Below are positions 63,777 through 64,000 of a stretch of DNA of 64,000 nucleotides, piece after piece; the first letter of the stretch is position 1; every line of letters begins with the position of its first letter. The notes beneath the pieces are model-generated. The model was not told where the DNA came from, made no database searches, and saw only the letters and a program-made list of their open reading frames with translations. Both the position numbers and the translations under genes were made by a program. Source of the DNA: Macrostomum lignano. Taxonomy: Eukaryota. The stretch is from positions 1 to 64,000 of the forward strand of contig NIVC01002089.1 of the NCBI GenBank assembly GCA_002269645.1. Reading direction: 5' to 3'.

Positions 63777-64000
63777 GTGAGCTCAGTGGGTAGCTTAGTG
63801 GGTATCTTTAGTAGGTATCTTAGTGAGTATCTTAGTGAGTAGCTTAGTGAATAGCTTAGGGAGTAGCTTTGCTTAGTGAGTAGCTTATTTGGTAGCTTAG
63901 TTGATATTTTAGTGGGTATCTTATTGGGTACGAGTATCTTAGTGGGTATTTTAGTGGGTAACTTCTAGAAAACTCTATAAATAAATTTCAAATCCCGCCA

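Overview
Eukaryotic (animal) genomic DNA, not prokaryotic. The GC-rich exons and minisatellite-filled introns suggest a flatworm such as Macrostomum; that is an inference, not a database result. Host genes supported by spliced reading frames: BANF1/BAF (+, 11344-12201), a BRMS1/Sds3-family gene (+, 13817-15403), UBE2D (+, 22215-24638), a class I/II PLP aminotransferase (+, ~28957-32563), UBE2L3 (-, 45254-35278, 9.25 kb first intron), a GRIN_C-domain gene (+, 50244-51485) and the first three coding exons of a kainate/AMPA-type ionotropic glutamate receptor (+, from 59422, running off the window). Mobile DNA: a full-length Ty3/Gypsy element (484-9183, 4-bp TSD) with a frameshifted pol and an extra ORF3; a related solo LTR; an intact mariner; several hAT MITEs with 8-bp TSDs; a Chapaev/Transib(RAG1)-like relic; and three non-LTR elements. 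The two most notable observations: (1) both LTR types carry stacked internal 'LTR-end + primer-binding-site' cassettes, which in the solo LTR resemble three different tRNA-Leu isoacceptors; (2) a 67-nt HDV-like ribozyme starts exactly at the 5' junction of an internally deleted Ingi/I-type LINE. Most long ORFs in the track beyond 24 kb are translations of tandem repeats. All alignments and folds were done by eye.
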